From: Bacilli bacterium
GTDB taxonomy: Bacteria; Bacillota_I; Bacilli_A; RFN20; CAG-826
Length of the DNA stretch: 64,000 nt
Assembly: GCA_045628045.1 (NCBI GenBank)
Contig: JAZQOV010000002.1
Span: 96,001 to 160,000 of the forward strand
Direction: 5' to 3'
Every line of letters begins with the position of its first letter. Positions within the stretch are counted from its first letter, which is position 1. The position numbers were made by a program, and so were the translations under genes. Of this stretch, positions 47,983 to 58,560 are shown piece after piece. Under the pieces are notes generated by a model, which was not told where the DNA came from, made no database searches, and saw only the letters and a program-made list of their open reading frames with translations.

Positions 47983-49254
47983 ATGGATATTTTTAAAAAT
48001 AAAAAATTATTAATACTTGGTGGGGCAGAGATTCACTCAAAAGTCGTTAGAGCAGCAAAGGAAATGGGCATCTATACGATTGTTATTGATAACCTCGATG
48101 TTAGTAAATCACCAGCAAAACAAATAGCAGATGAGCATCATTTAATTGATATTTTTGATGTTGAAGAAATTATTAAATTTTGCAAGGAGAATTTAATTGA
48201 TGGAGTAATTAACACATCATTAGATCCATGTCAAATTACGCAATCGAAAGTTTGTGATGCTTTAAATCTACCTTGTTATGGAACTAAAGATCAGTATTTA
48301 ACAATGACCAACAAAACATTGTTTAAACAATTTTGTGTTAAAAATCACATTGATGTTATTAAAGGATATTCAAAAAACGAAGTTTTAACTGGCAATGCGA
48401 ATTTTCCTATTTTTATAAAACCTGTTGATAGCAGAGGATCAAGAGGACAATCAATCTGTAATAATATCGAGGAAGCAAAGGAAGGAATTAGAATTGCTGA
48501 ATCTATTTCAACTAATGGCGATGTTTTAATTGAACAATATCTGGAAAACAAGCAAGATTTTATGCTCTGCTATATCGTTATTAATTCTGAGCCACATCTT
48601 GTTAGGGTTTGCGATAGATTTGAAGGCAAACCATCAGATGGGCTCGACAAGGTTGGAGCCCTTGCATTAAATCCTTCCAGATTTACAACGATGTATGTTA
48701 ATAAAATTAATGAAAAAGTTATAAAAATGATTAAAAATTTGGGTATAAAATATGGACCAATTTTTCTTCAAGGATTTGTTGATGGTGAGACAGTCAGAAT
48801 GTATGATCCCGGATTAAGACTTCCTGGCGGAAATTATGAGAATTTATTCAAACATATCTTTGGTGTTGATATCATTAAAATGTTAATCGAATTCTCGTTA
48901 TCGGGAAGAATAAGCGATTCTTACGGAATCCTCGAGAACAATTGTTATCTTTTGAATGGGAAATACGTTGCAAATTTATTTCCTATGATGAAACCTGGAA
49001 AAATACACAAAATCGAAGGTTTTGATTTAATCAAAAAGCAACCGTTCATTATTAGTGCGGCGCTCAGGCATGGCGTTAATGATGTGGTTGAAGAAACGCA
49101 TACTGTTTCGCAACGTATTGGCGAATTTAATATTGCTACAGACTCGTTTAATGATATGAAAAAGGCAATTAGTTTTGTTTATGAGAATTTAAAGATATAT
49201 GATGAACAAGGAAAATTATTAAATTGTTCATACTTAAATTTAGAAAATATTTAA
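47983..49254 (+). CDS. ATP-grasp carboxylate-amine ligase
   Basis: LLILGG, SPAK.IAD, K..FK, IKPVDSRGSRG, IEQYL, RLPG. Confidence 0.85.
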   Translation: MDIFKNKKLLILGGAEIHSKVVRAAKEMGIYTIVIDNLDVSKSPAKQIADEHHLIDIFDVEEIIKFCKENLIDGVINTSLDPCQITQSKVCDALNLPCYGTKDQYLTMTNKTLFKQFCVKNHIDVIKGYSKNEVLTGNANFPIFIKPVDSRGSRGQSICNNIEEAKEGIRIAESISTNGDVLIEQYLENKQDFMLCYIVINSEPHLVRVCDRFEGKPSDGLDKVGALALNPSRFTTMYVNKINEKVIKMIKNLGIKYGPIFLQGFVDGETVRMYDPGLRLPGGNYENLFKHIFGVDIIKMLIEFSLSGRISDSYGILENNCYLLNGKYVANLFPMMKPGKIHKIEGFDLIKKQPFIISAALRHGVNDVVEETHTVSQRIGEFNIATDSFNDMKKAISFVYENLKIYDEQGKLLNCSYLNLENI

Positions 49255-49271
49255 TAGAGGTCGAAACTCAG

Positions 49272-50366
49272 ATGAAAATTAATGTAACAAGATCATCAAT
49301 GCCTTCTTATGAAGAGTATTGCAAAGAAATTAAAGATATTTGGGAAACTCATTGGCTAACAAATAGAGGACCAAAGCACAATTTATTAGAAGAAAAGCTT
49401 TCCGATTATTTAGAGGTTAAAAAAACAACTTTATTTGCTAATGGGCATTTAGCTTTAGAAACTGCTATTGCAAGCTTCGGCTTTGAAAAAGGAAGCGAGG
49501 TTATTACAACCCCATTTACTTTTGTTTCTACCACAAACTCAATTGTTAGAAACGGCTTAATCCCAATTTTTTGTGATATTAACAAAGAAGATTACACAAT
49601 TGATGTAAACAAAATTGAAGAACTAATTACTGATAAAACAGTTGCTATTTGTGCAGTTCATGTGTACGGCAACATTTGCGATGTTGAAGCCATTGAAAAA
49701 ATTGCTAAAAAGCACAATTTAAAAGTCATTTATGATGCCGCTCACGCATTTGGCGTTGAATATAAAGGCAAAGGAATTTGTAATTGGGGCGATGCTTCAA
49801 TGCTTTCTTTCCATGCAACAAAAGTTTTTAACACAATTGAAGGCGGTGCTATTGCTTATAATAATGATTTGCTTGAAGACAAATATAATATAATGAAAAA
49901 TTTTGGGCTTTCATCCGAAGAAGAATGTGCTTATTGTGGCGGAAATGCCAAGATGAATGAATTTCAAGCATCGATGGGTCTTTGCAATTTAAGGCATATT
50001 GATGAATATATTTCTCAAAGAGAAAAAGCTTATAAACAATATGTAAAACGTTTAAGTGGTGTTAAGGGAATTAAACTTTGCGTTCCTCAAAAGGATGTTA
50101 TGATGAATTATGCTTATTTCCCGGTTTTATTCGATGGATTCAAACTTTCTCGCGATGAAGTAAAAGCCAAATTAGCTGAACACGATATTGCTGCACGAAA
50201 GTACTTTTATCCATGCACTAATGATTTTGAATGTTACAAAAATAGGCAAAATAACCCAACTCCAATAGCTAAAGAAATTTCTAAAAAGATACTTTGTCTT
50301 CCAATGTATCATGAATTAACTGAAAGTGATATTGATAAGATTTGTGATATTATTTTAGGAGAGTAA
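49272..50366 (+). CDS. vioA: DegT/DnrJ aminotransferase, VioA-like (dTDP-4-amino-4,6-dideoxyglucose)
   Basis: WLTN.GP, NGHLAL, TTPFTF, YDAAHAFG, SFHATKVFNTIEGG, NAKMNEF, RKYFYP. Confidence 0.8.
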   Translation: MKINVTRSSMPSYEEYCKEIKDIWETHWLTNRGPKHNLLEEKLSDYLEVKKTTLFANGHLALETAIASFGFEKGSEVITTPFTFVSTTNSIVRNGLIPIFCDINKEDYTIDVNKIEELITDKTVAICAVHVYGNICDVEAIEKIAKKHNLKVIYDAAHAFGVEYKGKGICNWGDASMLSFHATKVFNTIEGGAIAYNNDLLEDKYNIMKNFGLSSEEECAYCGGNAKMNEFQASMGLCNLRHIDEYISQREKAYKQYVKRLSGVKGIKLCVPQKDVMMNYAYFPVLFDGFKLSRDEVKAKLAEHDIAARKYFYPCTNDFECYKNRQNNPTPIAKEISKKILCLPMYHELTESDIDKICDIILGE

Positions 50367-50369
50367 TTT

Positions 50370-51395
50370 ATGGAAAAGAAAATTTTAATTACCGGATCTT
50401 GCGGATTTATTGGGTCCCAAATGGTTAGACTTCTTTTAGAAGAAAGACCAGAATGGAAAATTATTGGGGTTGATGCTTTAACATATGCTGCAAATCCATC
50501 AACCATGAAAGAGGATTTGGAAAATCCTAATTTTAAATTTTACAAAGAAGATATCAGAAATAGAGATGGTATTTTTAAAATTTTTGAGGAAGAAAAACCT
50601 GATATTGTAATAAATTTTGCAGCTGAATCACATGTTGATAGAAGTATTGAAAATCCAGGCATTTTCCTTGAGACAAATATTCTTGGAACTCAAGTTATGA
50701 TGGATGCTTGTAGAAAATATGGAGTTGAAAGATATCATCAAGTTGGAACTGACGAAGTTTATGGTGATTTACCACTTGATAGACCAGATTTATTTTTTCA
50801 CGAGGACACTCCAATACATACATCTAGTCCATATTCGACTTCAAAGGCTTCAGCTGATTTATTAGCTCTAGCTTATCACAGAACTTATGGACTTCCTGTT
50901 ACCGTTTCGAGATGTTCGAATAACTATGGTCCATATCAATTCCCAGAAAAGCTCATTCCTTTAATGATAAATAACGCTTCTCATGACGTTCCTCTTCCTG
51001 TTTATGGAGAAGGTTTAAACGTACGCGATTGGTTATATGTTAAAGATCATTGTTATGGAATCCTTGCAGTCATCGAAAAAGGAAAAATTGGTGAAGTCTA
51101 TAATTTGGGTGGTCACAACGAAAAAACTAACATAGATATTGTCAAAATAATTCTTAAAGAATTAGGTAAACCAGAATCACTAATAACTCACGTTGCAGAT
51201 CGCAAAGGTCATGATAGAAGATATGCTATTGATCCTGCTAAAGCAATGAGAGATCTTGGATGGAAACCAACTACAATGTTTAAAGATGGTATTAAGCTTA
51301 CAATTGATTGGTATAAAAAGAATCAATGGTGGCTTGATGAATGCACGTCTGGTGAGTATTTGAAATATTACGAAAAAATGTATAAGGATAGATAG
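50370..51395 (+). CDS. rmlB: dTDP-glucose 4,6-dehydratase
   Basis: GFIGS, DALTYA, AAESHVDRSI, TDEVYG, PYSTSKA, NNYGPYQFPEKLIP, DRKGHDRRY. Confidence 0.96.
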   Translation: MEKKILITGSCGFIGSQMVRLLLEERPEWKIIGVDALTYAANPSTMKEDLENPNFKFYKEDIRNRDGIFKIFEEEKPDIVINFAAESHVDRSIENPGIFLETNILGTQVMMDACRKYGVERYHQVGTDEVYGDLPLDRPDLFFHEDTPIHTSSPYSTSKASADLLALAYHRTYGLPVTVSRCSNNYGPYQFPEKLIPLMINNASHDVPLPVYGEGLNVRDWLYVKDHCYGILAVIEKGKIGEVYNLGGHNEKTNIDIVKIILKELGKPESLITHVADRKGHDRRYAIDPAKAMRDLGWKPTTMFKDGIKLTIDWYKKNQWWLDECTSGEYLKYYEKMYKDR

Positions 51396-51398
51396 AGT

Positions 51399-52493
51399 AT
51401 GAATTTAACTTTTACAAACGAAGAAAAAGAAATGATTAATCAAGCTAAATGCATAATCAATGAGAAGAAACAGATTTATAATTCAAAAATTGTTGATGAA
51501 ATTAAACAAAGTTTAGCCCACCATTTTAATAATGCATCAAAATCTGAATTAGAAGATCATTTTTACAAAAGTATATATAACTATTGGGCATATGGTTGTT
51601 CGGTGGATGAATATTTTTACTTAAACTTTTATAAACTATTGCATTCAGAAAAAGTAAAGTATATTACACACAAGAAAAGACTAAATTTAATCTATCAAGT
51701 TAACGACTTTAATAAAAGATATATTTGTGATGACAAGTATGAAACATACAAAATTTATGAACCATTTTATCTGAGGGAAATGATTTCTATTTCAGGGAAG
51801 GAAGATTTTGAAAAATTTCAATCTTTTGCACAAAAACACAAAGAATTTGTTGTAAAACAGAATAATTCTTGTTGCGCAATTGGTGTTTTTAAAGTCTCCG
51901 TTAAAGATGATAAAGATATTGAAAAAGTTTTTAAAGAACTAATAACCGATAAAGATTTATTGAACAAGGGTAATATCATTATTGAAGAACTGATTATTCA
52001 GGATAATTCCATTGGCGTATTTCATCCGACATCAATCAATGGAATTAGAGTTACCACAATGCGAAAAAAACACAAAGTACGCATTATTCATCCATGGATA
52101 AAAATAGGCGCTAATGGTACATTTGTTGCCTCTGCTGTAATGGGCGGTGTTGATGTTGGCATAAATGCTCGAAATGGCAAGATAATCACAAATGGCTTTG
52201 GAGAATTGGGAGAAGAATATACTGAACATCCAAATTCAAAAGTAAAATTTTTAGGTTATAAAATACCTCATTGGAGCGAATTGAGGAAGCTTTCTAGAAA
52301 ATTAGCTTTAATTATGCCAACTGGCATTAATTATATCGGATGGGATTTTGTGTTAACGCCAAAAGGATGGTGTGTAATGGAAGCTAACTTTTCGGGAGAT
52401 TCGATGTGGCAACTTTTTCTTAAAAAGCCATGTTTGAACGAATTTGAGCGTCAATTAGGATGTAAAGTTAATAAACAATTTTGGTGGGAATAA
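51399..52493 (+). CDS. Sugar-transfer-associated ATP-grasp protein
   Basis: DKYETY, IIEELIIQ, SINGIRV.T, HP...F.G.KIP.W, YIGWD......W...EAN. Confidence 0.8.
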   Translation: MNLTFTNEEKEMINQAKCIINEKKQIYNSKIVDEIKQSLAHHFNNASKSELEDHFYKSIYNYWAYGCSVDEYFYLNFYKLLHSEKVKYITHKKRLNLIYQVNDFNKRYICDDKYETYKIYEPFYLREMISISGKEDFEKFQSFAQKHKEFVVKQNNSCCAIGVFKVSVKDDKDIEKVFKELITDKDLLNKGNIIIEELIIQDNSIGVFHPTSINGIRVTTMRKKHKVRIIHPWIKIGANGTFVASAVMGGVDVGINARNGKIITNGFGELGEEYTEHPNSKVKFLGYKIPHWSELRKLSRKLALIMPTGINYIGWDFVLTPKGWCVMEANFSGDSMWQLFLKKPCLNEFERQLGCKVNKQFWWE

Positions 52494-53899
52494 TGAAGAA
52501 AAAACTTAATTTTTTTGATTTACTTGTTGTAGCATTTGGAGCCATGATAGGTTGGGGCTGGGTTGTTTCATCCGGATCATGGATTCAAAGTGGTGGAGTT
52601 TTAGGAACCGTAATAGGCTTTTTGATTGCAGGTTTTATGATTTTTCTTGTTGGTTTAGTTTATTCTGAACTAACAACAGCGATTCCGGTGACTGGCGGAG
52701 AACGTGTCTTTTCATTAAGGGCTTTTGGCCCAACAGGTTCATTTATTTGTACATGGGCATTAATTTTGTCTTATATTGGAGTAGTTTGTTACGAAGCCGT
52801 TTCTTTGCCAACGATTCTTCAGTATATTTTTCCATCTATTGGCAATAATGTCATATATACTATTGCAGGATTTGACATTTCTTTGCCGTGGCTTTCAATT
52901 TCTATTTCATTTTCAATTTTAGTTGGGCTTGTTAATATTTTCGGAATTAAAAAAGCTGCCTTTTTGCAAAAAATTTTAACAATACTAATAGCATTAATTG
53001 GTCTAATTCTAATTATTTCTTCATTTTTTACTGGAAGTTTCTCAAACATTTCTAGCCAGTTATTTGTGGGCGAAAAGACTGGAGAAAATATATCTGGTAT
53101 ATTGAAAATAACTGTAGTTGCCCCTTTCTTTCTTTTTGGCTTTGATGTTATTCCTCAAACAAGTGGTGAAATGAACGTTCCACTTAGAAAAATTGGAATC
53201 GTTATGTTATCTTCAATTATTTTGGCAGTGTTGTTTTATTCTGGCGTAACTCTTGCAATTGGTAGAATTTTCAATTCTGGAGAAATAGCTTCAAGTCTTT
53301 CTGGATCTGGGCTAGTAACTGCTGATGCTATGGCTAAATCATTAAATAGTCAAAAGGCTTCAATAATCTTAATTTTTGGAGGTCTTTGTGGAATATTAAC
53401 ATCATGGAATTCATTTTTGATTGGCGGTAGCAGAGCTATTTATTCTATGAGTGATGCAAATCTTATACCAGGTCGTTTTTCTGCAGTTCATAAAAAATAT
53501 GATTCACCTTATCTTTCAATAATTTTTGTTACTGTAATTTCAATTGTTTCTGCATTTTTTGGTAAAACAATGTTAACTTGGATAGTAAATTCTGCAACCT
53601 TTTCGTGTTCCATTGCTTACCTAATTGTTGTTATTTCATTCATGATTTTAAGAAAAAAAGAACCGAATTTAGAGCGACCTTTTAAAATTAAACACCCATT
53701 ATTGGTTGGAATTTTAGCTGCGATTATGTGTTTGCTAATTATTTCGCTCTATATTATTCCTAATACTGGAGCATCATTATGTTGGCAGGAATGGATTATA
53801 GTGGGAATTTGGGGCTTACTTGGTCTTTTATTCTACTTTATTTCTCGTTTTAAGAAAAAAGAAAAGTTCGGATATTCACCAACAGATATCATAAAATAG
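52493..53899 (+). CDS. APC-family amino acid permease
   Basis: GAMIGWG, YSEL..AIP.TGG, FGFD, SRAIYSM, RPFK; about 12 TM. Confidence 0.9.
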   Translation: MKKKLNFFDLLVVAFGAMIGWGWVVSSGSWIQSGGVLGTVIGFLIAGFMIFLVGLVYSELTTAIPVTGGERVFSLRAFGPTGSFICTWALILSYIGVVCYEAVSLPTILQYIFPSIGNNVIYTIAGFDISLPWLSISISFSILVGLVNIFGIKKAAFLQKILTILIALIGLILIISSFFTGSFSNISSQLFVGEKTGENISGILKITVVAPFFLFGFDVIPQTSGEMNVPLRKIGIVMLSSIILAVLFYSGVTLAIGRIFNSGEIASSLSGSGLVTADAMAKSLNSQKASIILIFGGLCGILTSWNSFLIGGSRAIYSMSDANLIPGRFSAVHKKYDSPYLSIIFVTVISIVSAFFGKTMLTWIVNSATFSCSIAYLIVVISFMILRKKEPNLERPFKIKHPLLVGILAAIMCLLIISLYIIPNTGASLCWQEWIIVGIWGLLGLLFYFISRFKKKEKFGYSPTDIIK

Positions 53900-53987
53900 T
53901 TTTATTTAAAATAAACGTTACTACATTATAATTGCAAAGTGGTAGCGTTTTTTATATTATATAAAAGTAACAAGGGAGGGGATAATT

Positions 53988-54848
53988 ATGAAAGGAATAA
54001 TATTGGCTGGTGGTAAAGGAACAAGACTTTATCCAATGACAAAAGCAGTTTCAAAACAATTACTTCCTATTTATGATAAACCGTTAATTTATTATCCTTT
54101 ATCTATTTTGATGCTTGCATCAATTAGAGAAGTTTTAATTATTTCCACTCCTTATGATATTGAAGACTATAAGACCCTTTTAGGAGATGGTTCTAAAATT
54201 GGCATGCACTTTGAGTACGCAATACAAGAACAGCCAAAAGGTTTAGCAGAAGCGTTCATTATTGGCGAAAAATTTATCGGAAAAGATTCAGTATGTTTGA
54301 TTCTTGGAGATAATGTTTTCTATGGGCCAAATATGACCAGATTATTAAGGAATGCTATTGAAGAAAACGAAGGAGCAACAATTTTCGGTTATCCAGTAAA
54401 AGACGCAAGATCATTCGGTGTTGTTGAATTTGATAAAGATCACAATGTTGTTTCGCTAGAAGAAAAGCCAGAACATCCAAAATCAAATTATGCAATTCCT
54501 GGTTTATATTTTTACAATAATGATGTTGTTGAAATTGCTAAAAACGTTAAGCCATCTGCTCGTGGAGAAATTGAAATTACTTCTATTAACAATGAGTATT
54601 TAAGAAGAAAACAACTAAAAGTTAAGACTTTTGAACGTGGTTTTGCATGGCTTGATACTGGCACGCCTGAAGGAATGCTTAAAGCTTCAAGTTTTGTTCA
54701 AACTGTTCAAGATAGACAAGGAATGTATGTTTCTTGTATTGAAGAAATTGCATGGAGACGAGGATTTATTTTAATTGATCAATTACAAAGGTTAGGCAAC
54801 GAATTAAAAACAACTGAATACGGTCAGTATTTATTATCACTTAAGTAA
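53988..54848 (+). CDS. rmlA: Glucose-1-phosphate thymidylyltransferase
   Basis: [39 protein letters not shown]. Confidence 0.97.
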   Translation: MKGIILAGGKGTRLYPMTKAVSKQLLPIYDKPLIYYPLSILMLASIREVLIISTPYDIEDYKTLLGDGSKIGMHFEYAIQEQPKGLAEAFIIGEKFIGKDSVCLILGDNVFYGPNMTRLLRNAIEENEGATIFGYPVKDARSFGVVEFDKDHNVVSLEEKPEHPKSNYAIPGLYFYNNDVVEIAKNVKPSARGEIEITSINNEYLRRKQLKVKTFERGFAWLDTGTPEGMLKASSFVQTVQDRQGMYVSCIEEIAWRRGFILIDQLQRLGNELKTTEYGQYLLSLK

Positions 54849-54851
54849 ACT

Positions 54852-56345
54852 ATGGAAGAGAACGAAAAGAAGAAAGAAGACAATCAACCAGCGAATATAA
54901 CTGGTAAAAAAGTTGTTTCCAATATGATTTGGAGATTTTTAGAGCGTTTTGGTGCTTATATTGTTTCTTTCATTGTTTCTTTAGTCTTAGCAAGGATTTT
55001 TGCCGATAATCGCGGAGTGTATGGTTCTATAGCTGTTGTAACTGCTATCACTGCAATTCTACAAGTTTTTGTTGATTCTGGTTTAGGCAATGCGTTAATA
55101 CAAAAAAAGGAAACCGATAACATTGATTTTTCAAGCGTGTTTTGGTTCAACATTGTTGCATGTTTAGTGTTATATACAGCACTTTTCTTTTTTGCACCGC
55201 TTATTTCTAAGGGATATAAAGGCGAAGATTTGACCTGGGTAATTAGAATCTTGGGCTTAACAGTTGTTGTTTCTGGTATTAAAAATGTTCTACAAGCTTA
55301 CGTGTCACGTAACTTAATGTTTAAAAAATTCTTTTTTGCAACTTTAGGTGGGACTATTGCCGCCGCAGTTGTTGGAATTGTCATGGCCTTAAAAGGTTTT
55401 GGGGTTTGGGCATTAGTAGCTCAGCACTTAGTAAACCTAACAATAGATACATTAATTATTTGGTTAACTGTAAGATGGAAACCTCAGTTTGTTTTTTCTT
55501 TTGAAAGGTTCAAAATTCTTTTCAAATATGGATATAAACTTTTACTATCGGCATTGCTTGATACCGGTTATAAAGAACTACGCACATTTATTATTGGTTT
55601 CAGATATTCCGATCTTGATTTAGCAGATTACAATCGTGGAAAACAGTTCCCTGAGGTTGTTGTTAACAATGTTAATACAGCTATTGATTCAGTTTTACTT
55701 CCAACAATGTCTAAGGTACAAAATAACAAGGAAAAAGTTAGAGAAATGACAAGAAAATCGATAAAAGTTTCCACTTACATAATGATGCCAATGATGGTTG
55801 GATTAGCAGTTTGCGCAAAACCTATAGTTTCATTGATATTAACTGATGCCTGGTTAGATTGCGTCCCATATCTGCAAATTTTCTGTGTTACATTTGCTTT
55901 TTATCCAATTCATACTGCAAATCTTAATGCAATCAAAGCAATGGGGAGAAGCGACTTATTCTTACTTTTGGAAGTGATTAAGAAAGCTTTGGGGATTGGA
56001 GCAATTGTAGCTGCTATGTTTTTTGGGCCTTTATGGCTTGCAATTGTTGGAATACCTCTTTCTATTTGCTCTCAAATTATTAATTCTTTCCCAAACAGAA
56101 AGTTATTAAATTATAAATATGAAAGACAAATTTTAGATATGCTTCCGCAGATGCTTTTAGCAATATTTATGGGCGGTTGTGTCTTTGCTTTTGGGTTAAT
56201 TCCAATGAATAGAATTTTTTCATTAGTGTGTCAAATTCTGTTAGGGGTTGGTATTTATTTAGCGGGATCAGTGATTTTTAAATTTGATTCTTTTAAATAT
56301 TTATCTAGCGTATTAAAAACATTATTTTCAAAGAAAGCTGAGTAA
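54852..56345 (+). CDS. wzx: Wzx flippase (WzxC-like)
   Basis: LAR, DSGLGNALIQ, FKKFF, GVWALV.Q, WKP; multi-TM. Confidence 0.9.
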   Translation: MEENEKKKEDNQPANITGKKVVSNMIWRFLERFGAYIVSFIVSLVLARIFADNRGVYGSIAVVTAITAILQVFVDSGLGNALIQKKETDNIDFSSVFWFNIVACLVLYTALFFFAPLISKGYKGEDLTWVIRILGLTVVVSGIKNVLQAYVSRNLMFKKFFFATLGGTIAAAVVGIVMALKGFGVWALVAQHLVNLTIDTLIIWLTVRWKPQFVFSFERFKILFKYGYKLLLSALLDTGYKELRTFIIGFRYSDLDLADYNRGKQFPEVVVNNVNTAIDSVLLPTMSKVQNNKEKVREMTRKSIKVSTYIMMPMMVGLAVCAKPIVSLILTDAWLDCVPYLQIFCVTFAFYPIHTANLNAIKAMGRSDLFLLLEVIKKALGIGAIVAAMFFGPLWLAIVGIPLSICSQIINSFPNRKLLNYKYERQILDMLPQMLLAIFMGGCVFAFGLIPMNRIFSLVCQILLGVGIYLAGSVIFKFDSFKYLSSVLKTLFSKKAE

Positions 56346-56347
56346 AT

Positions 56348-58558
56348 ATGAAGAGTAAAGTTGTTAATAAACATTCAGACACTAAAATCAATGTATATCC
56401 TGTTGCTCAGGCTTTCAAAAAGAAAAATCCAGTGACAGTATCAATAATTTGTACAGCGTATAATCATGAAAAAACTATTACGAAATGCATTGAAAGTTTT
56501 TTAATGCAAGAAGTAAATTTTAATGTTGAGATTGTGATTCACGACGATGCTTCAACAGATAGGACCGCATCTATAATTCATGATTTTGAAAGAAAATATC
56601 CTAATGTAATTAAAGCTTTCTATGAAACAGAAAATCAATATCAAAAGCATGACGGAACAATAACTAGAATTCAACGTTCAATGGCATTAGGAAAATATAT
56701 TGCTTTTTGCGAAGGTGATGACTATTGGACAGATAAAAGCAAATTATTTAAACAAGTATCGTTTTTAGAAAACAATTCAGAATATAGCTGTTGTACACAT
56801 AATTCATATTTGGTTTTGAATGATACGCGAAGCCTATATTGCGATATTGAAAATGAGTGTGATATTGATCTAAAAGATATTATTGAATGGAAATTAGGAA
56901 AAATTCCACACTATAATTCAATTCTTTGTAAAAGAGAAGTTTTTATTGAAAATGCAAAAATTTCAAGAGGATTTGCAAAATTAACTGGTGATAGGGCAAG
57001 ACTTTTAGATTCAATGGCTAATGGTAAGGTTCACTATTTTCCAGAAGTCATGTCGGTTTATGTGATGAATAGTTCACCTGATTCTTTTACAAATAGGCGT
57101 GAAAAAGACATCACTTATCAAGCTAATATTATGAAAAATACAAGCGAAATTTTATCTGGTGCTAAGCAATTTTTTGGAATAGAGTTTCATCCAGTTTTTG
57201 ACAACGAAATTAGAAAAGCGAATACTTTGTATTATTTTTATAGTGGCGATTATAGGGGAATTTTACTAGACCGTAAACAAACAAATTTTAAAGCTCTTAA
57301 TCTTAAGCAAAAAATTATTTCATTGCTTGGATTTATTTTCCCAAAAATTATGTTCAATGGCATCAGAAGTGCCAAACTAAATAAATCGAATTTATCGAAA
57401 AAGAATAAAATTTTAAGCCTTATATTGGTGTCTTTTGCTATCTTATTTTGTGTACCAATCTCTGTTTTTTCTGTTAAAGCAAACGGCGTGAAAAATAATT
57501 CTAATATCTACTCTTTTTTACGCTGTATCGAAGATAATAATCCATCGAATTATGTTATCAGAGCTTCTTTTAGTAACGAAGAAGAATTTAATGATGTGAT
57601 GAAAAAAATTAAATCAACCATTATCGGTGAAATTGATCCTGATTTTTTATGGATGGGAAATGCAACTGCTTGTGTTACAATTGACCCTTCAGAATTTTCT
57701 ATAGAATCTATTTCATTGGTGGATAAGGAAATGATTACAGGAGTTAATATAAATCATTTTTCTTCAGCCCAAACATATTACAATACAACAAACGGAGAAA
57801 TTTTAGGGCCAAAGCTCAAAGTAAAATACGACATTAGTAAAGGCGGGTGGCTTCAAGCTGGTTATGTGTACATTCCTGAAACCATTGCCGATTTATTAAC
57901 TGAAAAATACGATATTGATGAATATAGTCTTTTGGGAAAAGAATTAACTATTAATGGTCACAATGAGACATATACTTATAAAATAAAAAATATTTATAGA
58001 AACAAATCACTAACTGATCCTATTCCTTTGTTTTATTCAACATATTTTGAAAATGGTATCATTTTTTCCGATACAACTACCGAATCAGATTTATATAGAA
58101 AACACAAACCTGTTTTATGTTTTAACTCAAAAGCCGATCAAAGAAATCTTGATGATATGATTTATTACTTAAAAAATAAAGAAGTGTCCAATATCTCTAT
58201 TGAATACTATGATTCTGAAAATGGGTGGACTTATTCTAACTATACTGATTTTTTTAATTCATCTGAAAACAATGCAAATATTTATGATAGATTAGTTTTG
58301 ATTTTTACAATTGGTGGAATAATATGTTTTGTGGTCTTTGTCGAAATACTATTTAAACACAAGTATTTTTATAATCGTGCAGCGGTTTTGTACTTATTTG
58401 TGGGATTTATTTTTCTATTATTTATATCAATACTTTATACTTTCTTGTTTAACTTAATAAATTTACTCAATATTTTCAGTGTGTATTTGTCAGCTTATTT
58501 ATCGTTGACATTTTTCTACTTGTTCTTTAGGTGTATTATTGGCGGAAGAAACAAATAA
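56348..58558 (+). CDS. GT2 glycosyltransferase with C-terminal membrane/extracellular extension
   Basis: AYNHE, HDDASTD, YIAFCEGDDYW.D..KL.KQ; then a TM helix, a soluble domain and 3 TMs. Confidence 0.8.
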   Translation: MKSKVVNKHSDTKINVYPVAQAFKKKNPVTVSIICTAYNHEKTITKCIESFLMQEVNFNVEIVIHDDASTDRTASIIHDFERKYPNVIKAFYETENQYQKHDGTITRIQRSMALGKYIAFCEGDDYWTDKSKLFKQVSFLENNSEYSCCTHNSYLVLNDTRSLYCDIENECDIDLKDIIEWKLGKIPHYNSILCKREVFIENAKISRGFAKLTGDRARLLDSMANGKVHYFPEVMSVYVMNSSPDSFTNRREKDITYQANIMKNTSEILSGAKQFFGIEFHPVFDNEIRKANTLYYFYSGDYRGILLDRKQTNFKALNLKQKIISLLGFIFPKIMFNGIRSAKLNKSNLSKKNKILSLILVSFAILFCVPISVFSVKANGVKNNSNIYSFLRCIEDNNPSNYVIRASFSNEEEFNDVMKKIKSTIIGEIDPDFLWMGNATACVTIDPSEFSIESISLVDKEMITGVNINHFSSAQTYYNTTNGEILGPKLKVKYDISKGGWLQAGYVYIPETIADLLTEKYDIDEYSLLGKELTINGHNETYTYKIKNIYRNKSLTDPIPLFYSTYFENGIIFSDTTTESDLYRKHKPVLCFNSKADQRNLDDMIYYLKNKEVSNISIEYYDSENGWTYSNYTDFFNSSENNANIYDRLVLIFTIGGIICFVVFVEILFKHKYFYNRAAVLYLFVGFIFLLFISILYTFLFNLINLLNIFSVYLSAYLSLTFFYLFFRCIIGGRNK

Positions 58559-58560
58559 AT

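Noticed and set aside
50370-54848. dTDP-L-rhamnose pathway
   Set aside because: rmlC and rmlD are not in the window; the adjacent VioA-like gene explains rmlA and rmlB better, though rmlCD could lie outside
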